From assembly GCA_965153355.1 (NCBI GenBank), contig OZ231126.1, positions 29,078,001 to 29,142,000 on the forward strand: a DNA stretch of 64,000 nt, given 5' to 3'. The position numbers and the translations under genes were made by a program. Below, one piece after another: positions 45,518 through 63,917 of the stretch (position 1 is the first letter of the stretch; every line of letters starts with the position of its first letter). The notes below the pieces were generated by a model that was not told where the DNA came from, made no database searches, and saw only the letters and a list, made by a program, of their open reading frames with translations. Source of the DNA: Flaccisagitta enflata (taxonomy: Eukaryota).

Positions 45518-48500
45518 GTGTCATGGGAACTGTTCCACATGTCAGTTAGAATCTTTTTGACGACTCATTTTGCATATGTCTTCAAGTTTCAATCATCGTC
45601 TTTAGTTTAGAGCTTGAAAAGACCTTCTTTGGGGTCGATCGATGAATCTAAAGAATCGAGAAGCAAATTCTTTCAAATGAAACAACAGCACCATGGTTTA
45701 TTCAGACCAAGTTGATCAACGTTGATGGCAAATACAAACAGGCTGATAGTCTACACTTTTTTAAATAAGAGACCAGTTTATAAGAGGCATGAGGCTGAGA
45801 TTTGCCAAAATTTTAAGGACAAAATAAGAGAATGCCCAGTATGAGATTCAATTTTGGAAGTTTCTTAAAAAAGATTTTTTGAGTCTCTTGATAAAACAAA
45901 CAACAATTATTCAACTTAAAAAAAAAAAATAGTATTTTTTCCCCAAAAAGATTTTTTCTTTTTTGATTTGGTTTGTCACTTTAAGCAAGATATTTGAAGT
46001 TATTTAGTAATGAACAAGTTTTTTACTAAAGACACATAGAACATTACTAAATAGTTAGATATTGACCTCAGATCCTAAATCTAAGTCCTTGTGAATTTTC
46101 ATATTTCTCTTTTATATGTGGCCGGTGCGAAGGTAGTAACGGCATGAGCTCTAGCTTGAACTAATCTGCTTGAATTTGTTCCTGAAAGATACCTTGGCAT
46201 GTACACATAACTCTGTTGATCTCATTGACCAAAATTTTGAACTTCTTAGGGGCCCCTAAGGGCCCCAAAAAGCCCTTAATGAGGATTTTTTTTTTTGAAA
46301 AAAAAGGGGGGTTCATTTGATAGGAAATTGCTTGATTCGCCTAGATCCAAAATCTTGTAATTTCACTTTTTTCAAAATAATTTAGAAAATTTTTGTGTCG
46401 GCCATATTTCAAAAGAAAGTTTAAAGATTCTCCTAGAATTTTTTTAGTTTGATATGGTTCAAACAAATGCTCATAACTTCTAAAGTATTTGAGCCAGAAC
46501 CTTGAAATTTGAAACATGCATTATTGAAAGCGCTGAGCAGGTCCATGCAAAAGATTGAGCTACTGACTGACCTAGGAAAATTTTCGAGTCTAAGTCTAAA
46601 ATAGTGTATTTATATTTTTTTTCGAAATTTTACATGTTGAAAAAAAAAAGAACAATTTAAGAGAATTTGAGCCTCAAAACAGCAAAAAACTGGAGAATAT
46701 CCAGGCTGAGTTGAAAAATGTTGTCTCTTATTAAAAAAAAGTGTAATCTAATGGCGCCTAACATAAGCATAAAAAGTGAAACTGTACATCTTCAAGAAAC
46801 GATTTCAAAGACCGCGATGTGGCTGGGATGAGCACTGCCTTGCTTTTTATCGACAAAACCACCGAGACTCAACAGACAAACGCTGCTTCCACAACGCATC
46901 TCGACAGTTTCGTGCAGGAGCAGTCCTCCATCGGCCCCGCCAAACTCGGTAGGCAGAGGCGCTTCGTCTCTCCATTCCGATTTGCCGACGTCGTAGATTT
47001 TGACTTTGTTGGAGATCTTCGATTCTGTGTCGGAGATCTTCCGATTGCCACCGACCAACATGATCTCGGTGTCCGTCGCGCGCGTGAGAGTATGGTTACT
47101 CAGCGGAGTTGACAGCCCCGTCTCGATTATTTCAGTCCACTCCAACGACTCGAGGTCGAGTACGAAGAAGTCGTTCAGGGGCTGATTGTTGATGCCTCCA
47201 TGGACGAAGAGTCTTTGGTCGAGGAGAGCGATGCCGAAGCCTGATCGAGGCGGGAGTCGCGCGCCGGACGTTGACACGCGAGTGAAGGAGATGTCTCTCG
47301 GGTCAAGACGGTAAATGTCGTTGGTAAAGTAGTACCTTGAAAGTTCCGACTTTTCCACGAAGTCTTCCTGCCTCAGTCTGTCCAATTGGCGCGTGAAACC
47401 CCCGATGAAGTGGACTTTTCCCTCAAAGGCGAATCCACGATGTTCGCGTCTCTCTGATGGAACTTCTCCCGTTGGATGAAGCCTTTGGAATTTCCCGGAA
47501 GTGGAGAGAGCGGAGAGGGCGTTGGTGAATTTGCCAATTCCGCTGTCACCGCCGAATAGGTACAGCTTTTGATTGCCACTTTGCCCTTCTACAACGGAGG
47601 CGGCGGCCATGGTTCCCGGATGAATGTCGCCCGTCACCTCCTTGACTTGCCATCTGCCAGCGATGTCTCCAAAGAGCTGACGCCTCAACGTCAGTGTGTG
47701 TACAGTGGATTTGGGAAGCGTGGAAAATCCACGATGCGGTTGCGCTTGACAGCCTCGTTGCTGGACCTGACTACCACCCCACACGATCAACTGATTGTTG
47801 AGGTTTTCAGCGATGAAGCCGATGCCACTTGGGAATCGAGGGTTTGACATTGATTGGAGATTCTTCCACTCTTTTTCGAGTAGGGGTGGAGATTCAAACA
47901 CATGCTGCTTGATAATCCTGATAGGTTGGCCTATAAGTGAGAAAAGAGACAGTCGCTCTCATTAGGTAATATTCAGGAAAACTAATGGGCATTATCCACA
48001 GGATTTTTGAAGAGGCTTAACGAACAGATAGACGGACGGACTGAGCAACTGCTAGACAAACCCACGCGAGGACGCCTCTATTCAGAGTAGCGACATCAAA
48101 CGGGCAGGAATCTAGGATGAAAATGTCTTAAAAAAAAAACAACAAAACGAAAAAACACCACTTCCAATTTATTTGGTCCTAAAAAGGGTGTAGAATAAGA
48201 ATATGATATTCCTTTTGGTCAAATACTGGCCGAAAGAATTAAAAACGGTTTTCTGTGCTAAAAAGTACTAATTATGCTTGAAAAACAGTGTTACTTAGGA
48301 TATTTTCATGATTTTTTTGCAGAATTGTTTAGTCGCAGTTCAGATTGATAATGTAATAAACTTTGAATGTATTGGGATATGCCTAAATGGCCAAAAAATG
48401 GCTTTACCCCGTGTTCAATCTCAAAGTGGGAAAAGTAAAAAGCTTACAATCCTAAACGCAACCAGTCAGTGATTTCATATTATTTTTCTCTTGTAGTGTT

Positions 48501-51500
48501 ATGTTTGACATTTTTTGTATAAAAATTTTATTGGTGTAGCCTTAATAGTTTGTCCACAACATCAATTTTAAGGTAAACAAGTATCTAAAGTTTGAGCTGA
48601 AAAACCCTCATTTCAATCATGATAGTTTTTCTTAATACTGCTCTAATTTCTAAACGGTTTGAGCTAAAAATACCAGATTGGTCTCAAATGAAGTATAATT
48701 TGAAAATGCTTACATTTGAGACCAATCTGGCACCTGTTATCAAGCCGTTTGAGAATTAAAGGCAAAATATTGAAAAACAGTGTCGATAAAAATATGCGTT
48801 TTTGAGCCTCAACTGTAAACACTTGTTTTACTTCAAATTGCTGTTCTGGACCAACCATTTAAGCTAGACCAATAAGATTTATACATAAAAAACGTCATAT
48901 ATACTAATACAAGACAAGAATGGTTTGAAATCACTGACCGGTTTTGTATAGGATTGTAGGCTTTTAACTTTTCTCACTTTGAGATTGAACACCCTGTAAA
49001 AAGCCAAAAATGGGGAAATAAGGCAAATTTAAAAAAAATTCACATATCAACCATTGGAAACCGTGTCCTGGGTAGAAAACATTGCAGATGTAAATTTTTT
49101 TTTCTTAATAGAACTACATGAGAAAGAAGTAAACAGGTCGCCCAAGGGCAATACATGGTCAGCGATATCCGTTGCCCTGCTTTGCATGGTTGAAAATTGG
49201 AATGAGAGGCAGGGCAGCGGCCCCGAAGGGGACGTAGTCCTGTAGAACACAGGGGACTTTCGTTCGTTCCTTTGTCCATCCATCCGTCCGCCCCCCCAGG
49301 CCCTCTAAAATCTGCCCTCTCAGGCCTGAAATCTACCCTCTCAGGCCTGAGAGGGCAGATTTTAGGCCTGAGAGGTCAGATTTCAGGCCTGAGAGGGCCT
49401 GGGGGGGACGAACGAACGGACAAACAAACGAACGAACGAAAGTCCCCTGTGTTCTACAGGACTACGTCCCCTTCGGGGCCGCTGCCCAAAAACGCAAAAC
49501 GGCATTTTGCAAATAAGATTCAATTTTACAAAAAATAGTATAAGGCCTCTTACGCATATTCCATATTCTAAAAAATACACTAGATTATCAATTTTTACCA
49601 GGACTATACAATTTTACAAAAAAAGAATAAAAAAGATGTTCAGAGCAATACTTTTTCAAGCTAAAATAGCATTTATAGCATTGATAAACGTTTCTAATTT
49701 TTTTTGGCCAGTATTTGACCAAAACAAATTTATAGCATACTCTGAATCTACACCCTTTTTAGACCCCCTGTGCAAGGTGTCTATCTTTTTTCTAAACCCT
49801 TAGAATTGAGATATTTTCAGTCTGGAAATCTGCCCGCAAACGTCAAAAGACCGACTAGAAGAAAAATAGTCAGACAGGGGACCGGGGGAACAGATCGATT
49901 GTTGTTCAATTACCTGTTGTTTTAAGCCGTTGTTGATGAGAGCCTGAAATGATAGGAAGGGAATAAAAAAATATCATTTTACCTATTAAGTTTGGGTTGA
50001 GTGGGGTAAAATGGGTCACCTGGGGTAAAATGGGTCACCCACTTTTTGTGAAAAACGTAAGGAAAATTTTGACGATTAGGATAATTAAAGAAGAATTATT
50101 GTGTCTAGTTTTTGATGAAAACAGAAATTTTGCAATGACTAATACTTGGGTTGAATTAAGTGGATGCCCCATTTTACCCCAGGTGACCTATTTTACCCCA
50201 CTACCCCCTACTGATTTGGAAAGATTTAAACTTCAACAGTGACCCATTTCTTTTCTTACTTTCTCTAAAGCTGTAGGGGTTGCGGATACAATCCCTGTAC
50301 TCGATGATCCATCTGGCCTCCAACATCTTTTCCACTTGCGCCAGTTCCTTGCATTTTACCTCTACTTCTGAAGGAGGTCTGTGATTCTTCGTCAGTTGGG
50401 CAACTGTCTCTTGGAGACGAGCTTTCTCGCGATCCCATTTCTTCAGGTCAGCCTTGAGTGATTTGAAGTTGGATTCTGTTTTCTCGATGATGCGTTGGAT
50501 TTGCTTGTGACTGCCGCTGAAGAACTCATCAACAATGGCATTGTACTCATTGACTGTGGAATTATCACTTGGATTTGCGCTGTCCAATGACTCTATGCCT
50601 ACTGTTCTACGTAGACCCTCCAAATTTCCGTGTATTTTCTGCTTGTGGGCTTTTATTTGTTCTTCATAAGCCTTGACGCACTGGGGAGGAAAGTTTTCGG
50701 TAAACTTCAATTCGAAATGCCTTGCGGAAATCCATAACAAATCCTGGGGTGTGCTTCAAGATCATCTGCAGCAGCTCGTTACTGGAGGGCAGGCGACCGT
50801 ACTTTTGCTGCAGTAGCTCCTCATACTGCCCAGCGTGGAAGATAAGATTCCGGCAGTACCGCAAGTATGCGTCAACACCATCTGAGTATTTTGAGCCTTT
50901 CAAAATTTCCGGGAAAACAAATGGCAGCTCCTTCCATTTTCCCTGTAACAACATGAAAAAGGAATCATTCAGTTCCTTCCTTATGGTTTTTCCTTTTTCG
51001 GAATCCCCTAGCTCAATGATAGCTTCATTGAGGGCTCCCAAACCTTGGATTTGTTGTTCAAAGCCGTCAAAGTAAGGGGCAGATTTGGCCTGATTAATAG
51101 TGATCCTATCTTCAGGACATGGTTGGGTCATGGTCCAGATGAGATTCTTGGCAAGTCCGTCAATCTCAGCGTTCAAAAGGTTTTCACGATCGTTGTTTCG
51201 CATTTTGTGAATGGTATCGTGATCATCTGAGCCCTTGAACAAGTGTTTGCCATTACCTAGCAGTTCAAACGTGACCAACGCGGTGGCATAGACGTCATGC
51301 GCTGCGTAATCATCGGCGGAAACATCTTTCAATCTTTTCCCGACACGGTTTGGATCTTGATAAAGCGGAGTCATGACACCGCCGGTGATTTTTACATGGT
51401 CATCTTCGTCCATCTGCTTCGCCGAGTCAAAGTCAGTAAACGTGATGGCGAAGCTTCCATCTCTCTTCTGTGGAACAACGATGATATTTTCTGGCTTGAT

Positions 51501-54059
51501 ATCACGATGGGAGATCATATTACTGACATCATCAGTTCTAGAATGGATGTATGTTACTCCATCAAAGATATCATGGATGATATCGTGAATATCTTTTGTA
51601 TGCAGCAGCCGCTGGCGCAATAGCTTCATCTCCTCTGTTGGTTGAATGATATCCCGTAGAGACCCCTCTCCTTTCTCTAAGAGGAGGGTGAATTCGCGGC
51701 TTGGACTGGATCTTTGATGCATTCCATGGACTTTGATGATGGAGGGGTGGTCGTGGAGACTTCGATGAATTTCAGCCTGTTCCTGTAATCTCCGGAGTGC
51801 CTCCCCATCCATTGCAGTGGTAATCTGATCACAAAGAATAAGAAAAATAAGATAACTTGTCATCCAAGGATCGCACATGGTCGGCGGTACTCATTGCCCT
51901 GCTTGGGGTGATTAATTGAGGCGGTGGAGCGGAAGCAATGCAACGATGTCTGGGAGAGCTAACGTAAAATTTCAAAGAACCTAAAAGAGGAAAACTAGAA
52001 ATCAGACTTGGGAGGGCTGATTTGAGGCCTCTCTGTCTTTCTGTCTCATTCGCTTTAAGGCGTCTGTACTCAATAGTCTGTCGAGGGGTGGATGTTTGGA
52101 AATTCACCTTTGTATCCTTCGTGACGTCGGTTCTTTATTCTCGCTACACTGCCTTGTTGTATCAGTTACATCAAACTGACAAATATTCTTGATAAACCCA
52201 CCTTTGCCACAGATTCGATTGGATTTCCCGCATCCTTAAGCATGGCCGGATACAAAGCGGTTGCAGAAGTAGAACCGATGCGATACTTGTCGATTCGGGA
52301 AGCTTCATTTCGATCAATGGAAACAGGGTACGACAAAGTGCGGGAGCGCGGGAGCATTGCTCCAAGGCAGCTTGCCACTTTGTAGGCAGAAGAGAGAGGG
52401 GAAAATAGGAAGAGGGGAAAAAAGTATTAGCAAAAAAAGCAGAAAAGAAAAAAAAGGTTCCATAAAGAGGCATAAAACCAAAAAAGTTCTGAGTCAGGAT
52501 AGTTTATTTGCCTTAAAAGTATTGAAAGTATTTGTTTTTGACAGTTTACTAATATACAACAAAAAAAACATGTATGAATTTTGTAAGCAGGAACCAGATG
52601 AAAAATTTTGCTCGTAGGCAGCAAAATAATTTGTCGGACCCTGAATGGAAACATCGAATAAAGAAAAATCGACGCCGGTTTTTATCAGTTTGGAATCTGA
52701 ACTTACGCGACGAAATGGCAGGGTAAAATGGGCCATGCTCGGATCAGATTGGCTGTAAACGTGTTAAGGTGTAGTATTGGGTCTGAAAAGGGAAAATTTT
52801 TCACGCCAATTACAGCATTTATTACTGACTAAATGCAGTCAAAAGGATATAAGCTTGAAGCGAAGCGAAGAGCGTAATTGTGTTGTGTCACTTAATGACA
52901 TTCGACTGGTTTCGAAACTAAAGAAGCCGCAAAATTCTGCTGGCATGGCGAAAGGAGGTCGGGCTTAATCATTAATTGTTTTCTTCAATTCGCATGCTTC
53001 ACGACTCTAAAAGCCTCCTATTGGTCGATCAGTCGGTTTGACCGAAAGTCTTCTCAAGACAATTTCGTGCATAAAATCATTTCTTTGGTCATTATAGTCG
53101 TGTGTCAACTTGAGAGTCATATGGTGAGCAGTTTTGTTATAGATTCTCAAAAGACATGTTTTTCACGACGTTTTATTTAATGGAAAACTAGTCATTGAGG
53201 GTTCACGAGGCCCTCTTCCAAACTCAGTTTGGAAATAGTGAGGGATATTGATCCACTTGTAATGTAATTTTTAGGTCATTTTCGTGATTTCTGAGCTCAT
53301 TTTAGTCATAGAGGTCATTTTAAATATTAATGTCATTTCAGTCAATTTAGTCAAGTATGTCAATTGATGATCTTGAATAGAAGATTTTAGACATTGGCAA
53401 TTGCAAAAAAAGATGAGAATAAAAAAGGTTTTCTTAAATTACTTGCTTGAATCGATTTTTTCTGTAATTCTTTTTTGTAAAACCATGATGCTTGCCTATT
53501 TCTTTTATTCATTCATTCATTCATTCATTCGTTCATTCATTCATTCATTCATTCATTCATTCATTCATTCATTCATTCATTCATTCATTCATTCATCCAT
53601 TCATTCATTCATCCATCAGCATTAAATTAGCTTGAGATTTTACCCAATCTACAGATGATTGACGGAAAAAGGGTATCGCGGACCTGCAATCTCTTCAACC
53701 CGGCTTTTTTTTCGGACACGGGCTCGACTTTTTCTCGATACAGTTTTATTATTGGCTCAGAGTCTGTTCGGTCGAAATACCACACTGCAGACAGCAAAGA
53801 CCGATATCATTTTGTTTTTGCTTCAATATGAAAAAAAATTCCGTCTACGCTAAGAACAAACTTTTGTCAAAAGACATTCCTCACACATTTGCTTACCGTC
53901 GTGCAAGCGGTCGTATTGATATTGCATGAAGCCAGGACGAATAGAGTTTGACGCCGGTTGATCCATCCCAAGATCAAGTCGCCAGAGTCGTTCTCTTTAG
54001 TGCCAGTGCCGATGTTTTTGGAACTTGCTCGCCATTGTAAAGTAACCAAATAGAATTCG
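36534..54059 (-). CDS. Dipeptidyl peptidase 4 family (S9B) protein, predicted catalytically inactive (DPP6/DPP10-like); 5' exons not found
   Basis: Phase-compatible exons: 54059-53897 (YLVTLQW...WINRRQT...C...C), 45418-~44663, 44461-44358 (EIVAVDE), 43980-43930 (YF...P...HLFS), ~43792-43740, 43014-42865 (CISC...C), 42567-42466 (IEHN), 40404-40326 (LRPPLF...KYPVLIY), 40070-39903, 39639-39476 (LPYVD..KVAVLGCGFQG), 38310-38200 (LLIYGTID), 38039-37966, 36725-36534 (HLYQRVELFLEKCF, stop). The GWSYGG nucleophile motif is replaced by GCGFQG. Confidence 0.85.
36999..37611. mobile_element. TA-flanked MITE nested in a HINE-like element
   Basis: TIR CCACGCGTAT.AAAAAAAAAAGACGCAC. The uninterrupted host copy at about 40861-41070 shows the empty GGTCATTAAAGTCAT site. 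Confidence 0.8.
43095..43535. mobile_element. Degenerate palindromic (foldback) MITE
   Basis: The two halves are imperfect reverse complements (GTTGCCATGGAAACACATT / AATGTGTTTCCATGGCAAC; TTTGCTACAAC / GTTGTAGCAAA). Confidence 0.65.
45754..46743. mobile_element. TA-flanked MITE (relatives at 13281-13678 and 19358-19900)
   Basis: TIR CACTTTTTT..ATAAGAGAC at both ends; shared subterminal GAGGCTGA/CAGCC motifs. Confidence 0.75.
46792..47930 (-). CDS. Kelch-repeat beta-propeller (terminal exon of the kinase-KEN-Kelch gene)
   Basis: 369-aa ORF with repeated GG motifs (LIVWGG, LYLFGG, VHFIGG, LFVHGG, IMLVGG, LSLGG) and ending at TGA. It lacks an initiator ATG at its 5' end and has an in-frame phase-1 TTATAG acceptor ending at 47931. 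Confidence 0.88.
48101..49836. mobile_element. Long-TIR element with CAAA flanks, containing a nested TA-flanked MITE (48407-48996) and a family-B element (49130-49491)
   Basis: CGGGCAG ... CTGCCCG termini and inverted TAAAAAGGGTGTAGA motifs. Inner TIR GTGTTCAATCTCAAAGTG. Confidence 0.7.
49914..49943 (-). CDS. 30-nt linker micro-exon of the kinase-KEN-Kelch gene
   Basis: TTTCAG acceptor and GTAATT donor; phase 1 to phase 1; keeps the frame between 50260 and 47930. Confidence 0.6.
50000..50205. mobile_element. Small MITE
   Basis: GTGGGGTAAAATGGGTCACCTGGGGTAAAATGGG is inverted at 50166-50202. Confidence 0.7.
50260..52357 (-). CDS. IRE1/RNase L-like kinase plus KEN ribonuclease domain plus coiled coil (5' part of the kinase-KEN-Kelch gene)
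   Basis: Exon 52357-52202 (IGSTSATALY...VAK) splices in phase 0 to 51824. The kinase has HRDIKPEN and TDFD. KEN-like KYSDGVDAYLRYCRNLIFH (compare IRE1 Y...LLRAMRNKKHH) follows. The frame changes at about 50681-50740, then a coiled-coil-like segment runs to a GTAAGA donor at 50259. Confidence 0.8.
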
Positions 54060-55339
54060 CTGCAAGTAAGTGATGTGATAAAAAAAACGATATTAAATTC
54101 TGCATAAGTGTATGGCGCGGAATCTCAAAGGGCCGTCGGCAACCAGTTTCAAGTCCGACACAGCTTCAAGCCCAACAGGCTTTATCGCTTGTTTATTCTT
54201 TTCAAATCCTAAACTATAATCTCATGCAAGAAATGGCAGCGTAATCTTTTACAAAAACACTCATTCTCTCTCATTCCTTCCCTGAATATCCTTGTTCTCC
54301 TCCTGTTTCCTTTTCTTACATTTTTTATTCATTCCATGCCTTCTTTTTCTACATGGGCTTAAGTCCAACAAGGGTATGAGTCCGACAAGCAGGGACGTCG
54401 GCCGACGTCCCTGACGTCCCTCCCCATACACCCATGAAATTCTGCAAAATTGGCAAAAATGCAACCAAGTAAAAAATGTCGCGACTCACAGATTCATGTT
54501 ATTAGCAAAGTTCTGCATTGTTTGATAAGTCCCACCATATACTTAGCATAAACAATAATTTCATTTCCTTATATTGCACCCCATCAATCCTAAGAATCGC
54601 CAGGACGATTTTTTGATAACTGTCTGTTTCTCTTCCGTTTTGTACAGTCCAGGAGTCAAGATTTAACCATTAAACAAATTTTCATTGGGCACTTTTGGAA
54701 AAAAAGCTAAAATTAACAACTTTACGTGTTATTTTACATACAGAATTAATCAGGCAAGTAGAAAATTTTTTTTGATAGAGTCCTTGAGTTCCTGATGGAA
54801 TTTCCTCTCATTTGATAGGCGACACTGTATATTTTGATGAAGAAATAAAATTTTCATTTTTATTTACTACCATTGAAAATTAGTAATGGTGCCTAAAAAA
54901 AGAACAAGGCCGGATACACGGCTACCGAAGTCGCGTGCGGGCGGGCAGGGGCCATATTTGAGGTCACTAGACAACGTGGGCAGGAGCAGTGAGGTCCAAG
55001 AAATGAAATCATAAAAAAAAGTAAAGTGTGACGGACCGACTGACCGACGGACAAAGCGGGTTGTAGAGTCGCGTGCACACGACTAAAAATTCTATTTCTT
55101 CACAAAGATATATGTAAGCCCCGGAAAACTGCTTCAAAGACATTGAGAAAGACTCTCGTGGAATGGCGTACAAACTCAAGACATTCTTCGTCCGGTCATT
55201 GAATCAATGATATTGTCTAATGGCATAGTCTCCTCATACAGTAACATTGCGATGACTGTGGATTGATTGGCCTTTGTGTGTTGATCTATTTGTTGTTTCT
55301 TTGTACTTCGCAGGTCTCTCTACCTGCCGGGTTCTTATA

Positions 55340-55854
55340 CAGTCAGCGGACAAAACACAATAGGTATATATATCACTCTGTTGGTTTTGATCCAGCCCAC
55401 TGATTTTAAACAGAATATTATAAATAACAACTGGTTGTTGAAATAACAACCGGCTGTTAAGTTACAAAGTTGGCAAAAATCTAACTTTCACCAAATCATT
55501 CATAATTCAGATGAAATTCTAAGATGTTTGATATGTCACAACATATACTTTTACATCAAAATAAAAAAAAAAAATATTATCGTTTAATCTAATTATAACG
55601 CAATGTTAAAAAGAATGTTTTTACAAAAAAATGTTTAGTGTGACATATCAAACTTCTCAGAATTTCATCAAGAGTATGAATCTGCAGGTCTCATTCTATT
55701 TAGGAAAAATTGGATTTTTGCCAACTTTGTAACTTAACAGCCGGCTGTACTTTCAATAACCAATTATTATTTACAGCATTCTGTTCAACATCAGTGGGTT
55801 GGATCAAAACCAACAGAGTGATATATATACCTATTGTGTTTTGTCCGCTGACTG
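55340..55854. mobile_element. Tc1-like MITE with long TIRs
   Basis: TA|CAGTCAGCGGACAAAACACAATAGG... near-perfect inverted repeat running about 200 bp inward. Confidence 0.85.
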
Positions 55855-56519
55855 TATAGTGGATTGAATACTAAAATAGGACGCTTCTAAGACTGGATGA
55901 CAACCGATCCGGTCGCCCATTGTGGTTAGATCCGTTAATAATCTAAACTAAAGTCTCTTCATGCGCAGTTGAAAAGCTATTCAGCTAGTTAACGCAGCTT
56001 ATGTGGATGGACTCTCGATTATGATGGTAGTTCGGTCCGACTGTTCTCCCTGGACCGTTCCGATGCCCGCGGCGTACAAATTGGATCATCTAGCGAGCTT
56101 TTGTAAGTCATGCAATATTTGACGGCTTACATATAGAGTGCGACCTATCAAATGAAAGGAAATCACATAAGAAATTCAAAAATGCCGTCAAAAAAGACCT
56201 ACCCAGTTAATACTGTATGCAAGATAAAATGAAGAATAGTTATTTATGGATTTTTTTCTAAATGTTTCCCGATGAAATATTTTTTAATGGTTGGATCTTG
56301 ATCACTGCACACCAGGACTGTACCAGACTGAAGAGAAACTTGGAATAATCCAAAAAACGTCCTTGCGGTTCTCAGGATCCATGGTGTGCATCTATTCCTA
56401 ATTGCCTAGGACAATAAAGAGTGAAATGTAAAACTATAAATGTTGAGGACGCTCTTTTTAAACAACTTTCTTTCAATTTTTTTCAGGTATCATTTGCAAC
56501 GTGAATCAATGAACCAGCA

Positions 56520-62304
<5,785 letters not shown>

Positions 62305-62730
62305 TTGTCTATGGAAACTGGAAAGGGCATTTCCTGCCTAGATATCAGACATGGGCAATGCATTTGTTTTTCATGAATATCTAAGAAAATCACCCTGTCG
62401 TTATTCTTGATTTATGATTCGTTTTTCATATTTTACTCTAAATGTATATACATATGAATTGAAACAAACAATCAAGTTATGTTTTTTTTCGGTACCAATA
62501 AAGGCAGCTCTCGCCGTTGGAAAAAAGTCGTAAGTGCGAGGTTTTGGAGTTTTTTGTGATTGTGTTTTGTCTGGTTGATTGCCTTTTTTTTTCCCAGGCA
62601 TCTTTTTGGTGTGTTCCACTCTCTACATGTGTTTCTCTGTTTGTTCTTTGTTTGCCCGTCTCTTTCTCTCTCTCTTTCTTTCTCCCATTCTCATTTTCTC
62701 TCTCCCATTCTCATTTTCTCTCTCCCCTTC

Positions 62731-62807
<77 letters not shown>

Positions 62808-63741
62808 ATCTCTCTCATGTAACAAGGGGTTACAATATTGTTGCAAACAGGTGAACAGAGGCATCCAACCCCCATCCACACCCCAACCCCAACCCCCACA
62901 CACAAGCATCTAGACCGCTTGATTTTTCACTTTTCTACTCGGACAGACAGACGGACCAACAAACTGATGGATGGACTGACGGAAAAAGCCTCTCATAGAG
63001 TCCAGAGTTGAAATGAGAGAGAGACTGTGCTGCCAGGATGCACAATTATCACCTGGGACATTTCAAAATTCAAATAGACTACAACTAACTCGATGACTCG
63101 TTTTTGGGAAAAATGCAAAAAATGCGAAAAATATGAAAAGATTTAAAAAATCATAGCTCCAAAACTATCAATCGCACAGAATTCTGCTTAGCGTCATCTT
63201 AAAGAGGAGAATTAGTTCTTTCTTAGCTATTAATTTCATGCGTAGTCCCATTCTGCCCCCAAAATGCAGCAACTTTCTCAAACGCTTCATTAATCAAAGG
63301 GAAATCCGTTTTTCTCTGCAGGACTCAAAAAGACCGAAGGGACTTCGTCTCTTCGACTTTTTTCCAAACTACTTAGGATATCTTTTTTTCAGGTTCCAGT
63401 TGGGGGCTTCGCAAAGCAAAAAATTTGATTTTCTTCTCGTCCCACTAACCCAATACGGAGTGAAAGAAATCATGAAGATGATTGTTTTCCATTTTTTCAA
63501 AATTCCTTCATCTTCCGTTTTTGTTTTGGCCTTAAAGTTTCCTCAGATTTTCCGGAATTCAGCAAAATCCTGTGTAGTCTTGTTACAAAAGGAACAATTG
63601 TTTGTTTTAGAAAATCATGATTTTTTAAAAAATAAATTAAAATATCACAGCATAAGTTACGAAAGAGCTTGTAAAAATGCAGATTAATGATTCTTTAAAG
63701 AGCAGAAATTTGTAAAAGCTTATTTAAAAAAGATCAGCATA

Positions 63742-63917
63742 CAGTAGGACCCCGCCTCATCGGTCCCATTGGGACTGAAGATTTTTCACCTTTATCTCAG
63801 GATAACCTTTAAAGAGAGGTGAAATAACATTAAAAACTATCATTTGGGACCTCAAAATGTTAACTTTTATTGATGGGGAACCTTTAAAAACGAGGCTGTT
63901 ATTGCGGGGTTCCACTG
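63742..63917. mobile_element. Short pogo/Tigger-like MITE
   Basis: CAGTAGGACCCCGC ... GCGGGGTTCCACTG; reverse-orientation relative of 16392-16546. Confidence 0.7.

Noticed and set aside
50760-50815. Two CTGCAG motifs resembling XBP1-type IRE1 cleavage sites in the kinase-KEN mRNA
   Set aside because: They are 42 nt apart, so excision would not change frame or repair the downstream break, and no clear stem-loops were seen.
54391-54412. Perfect 22-bp palindrome AGGGACGTCGGCCGACGTCCCT
   Set aside because: A single occurrence, probably a transposon end fragment; no function can be supported.
63238-63687. 149-aa ORF
   Set aside because: No recognisable motifs or splice context; AT-rich composition.
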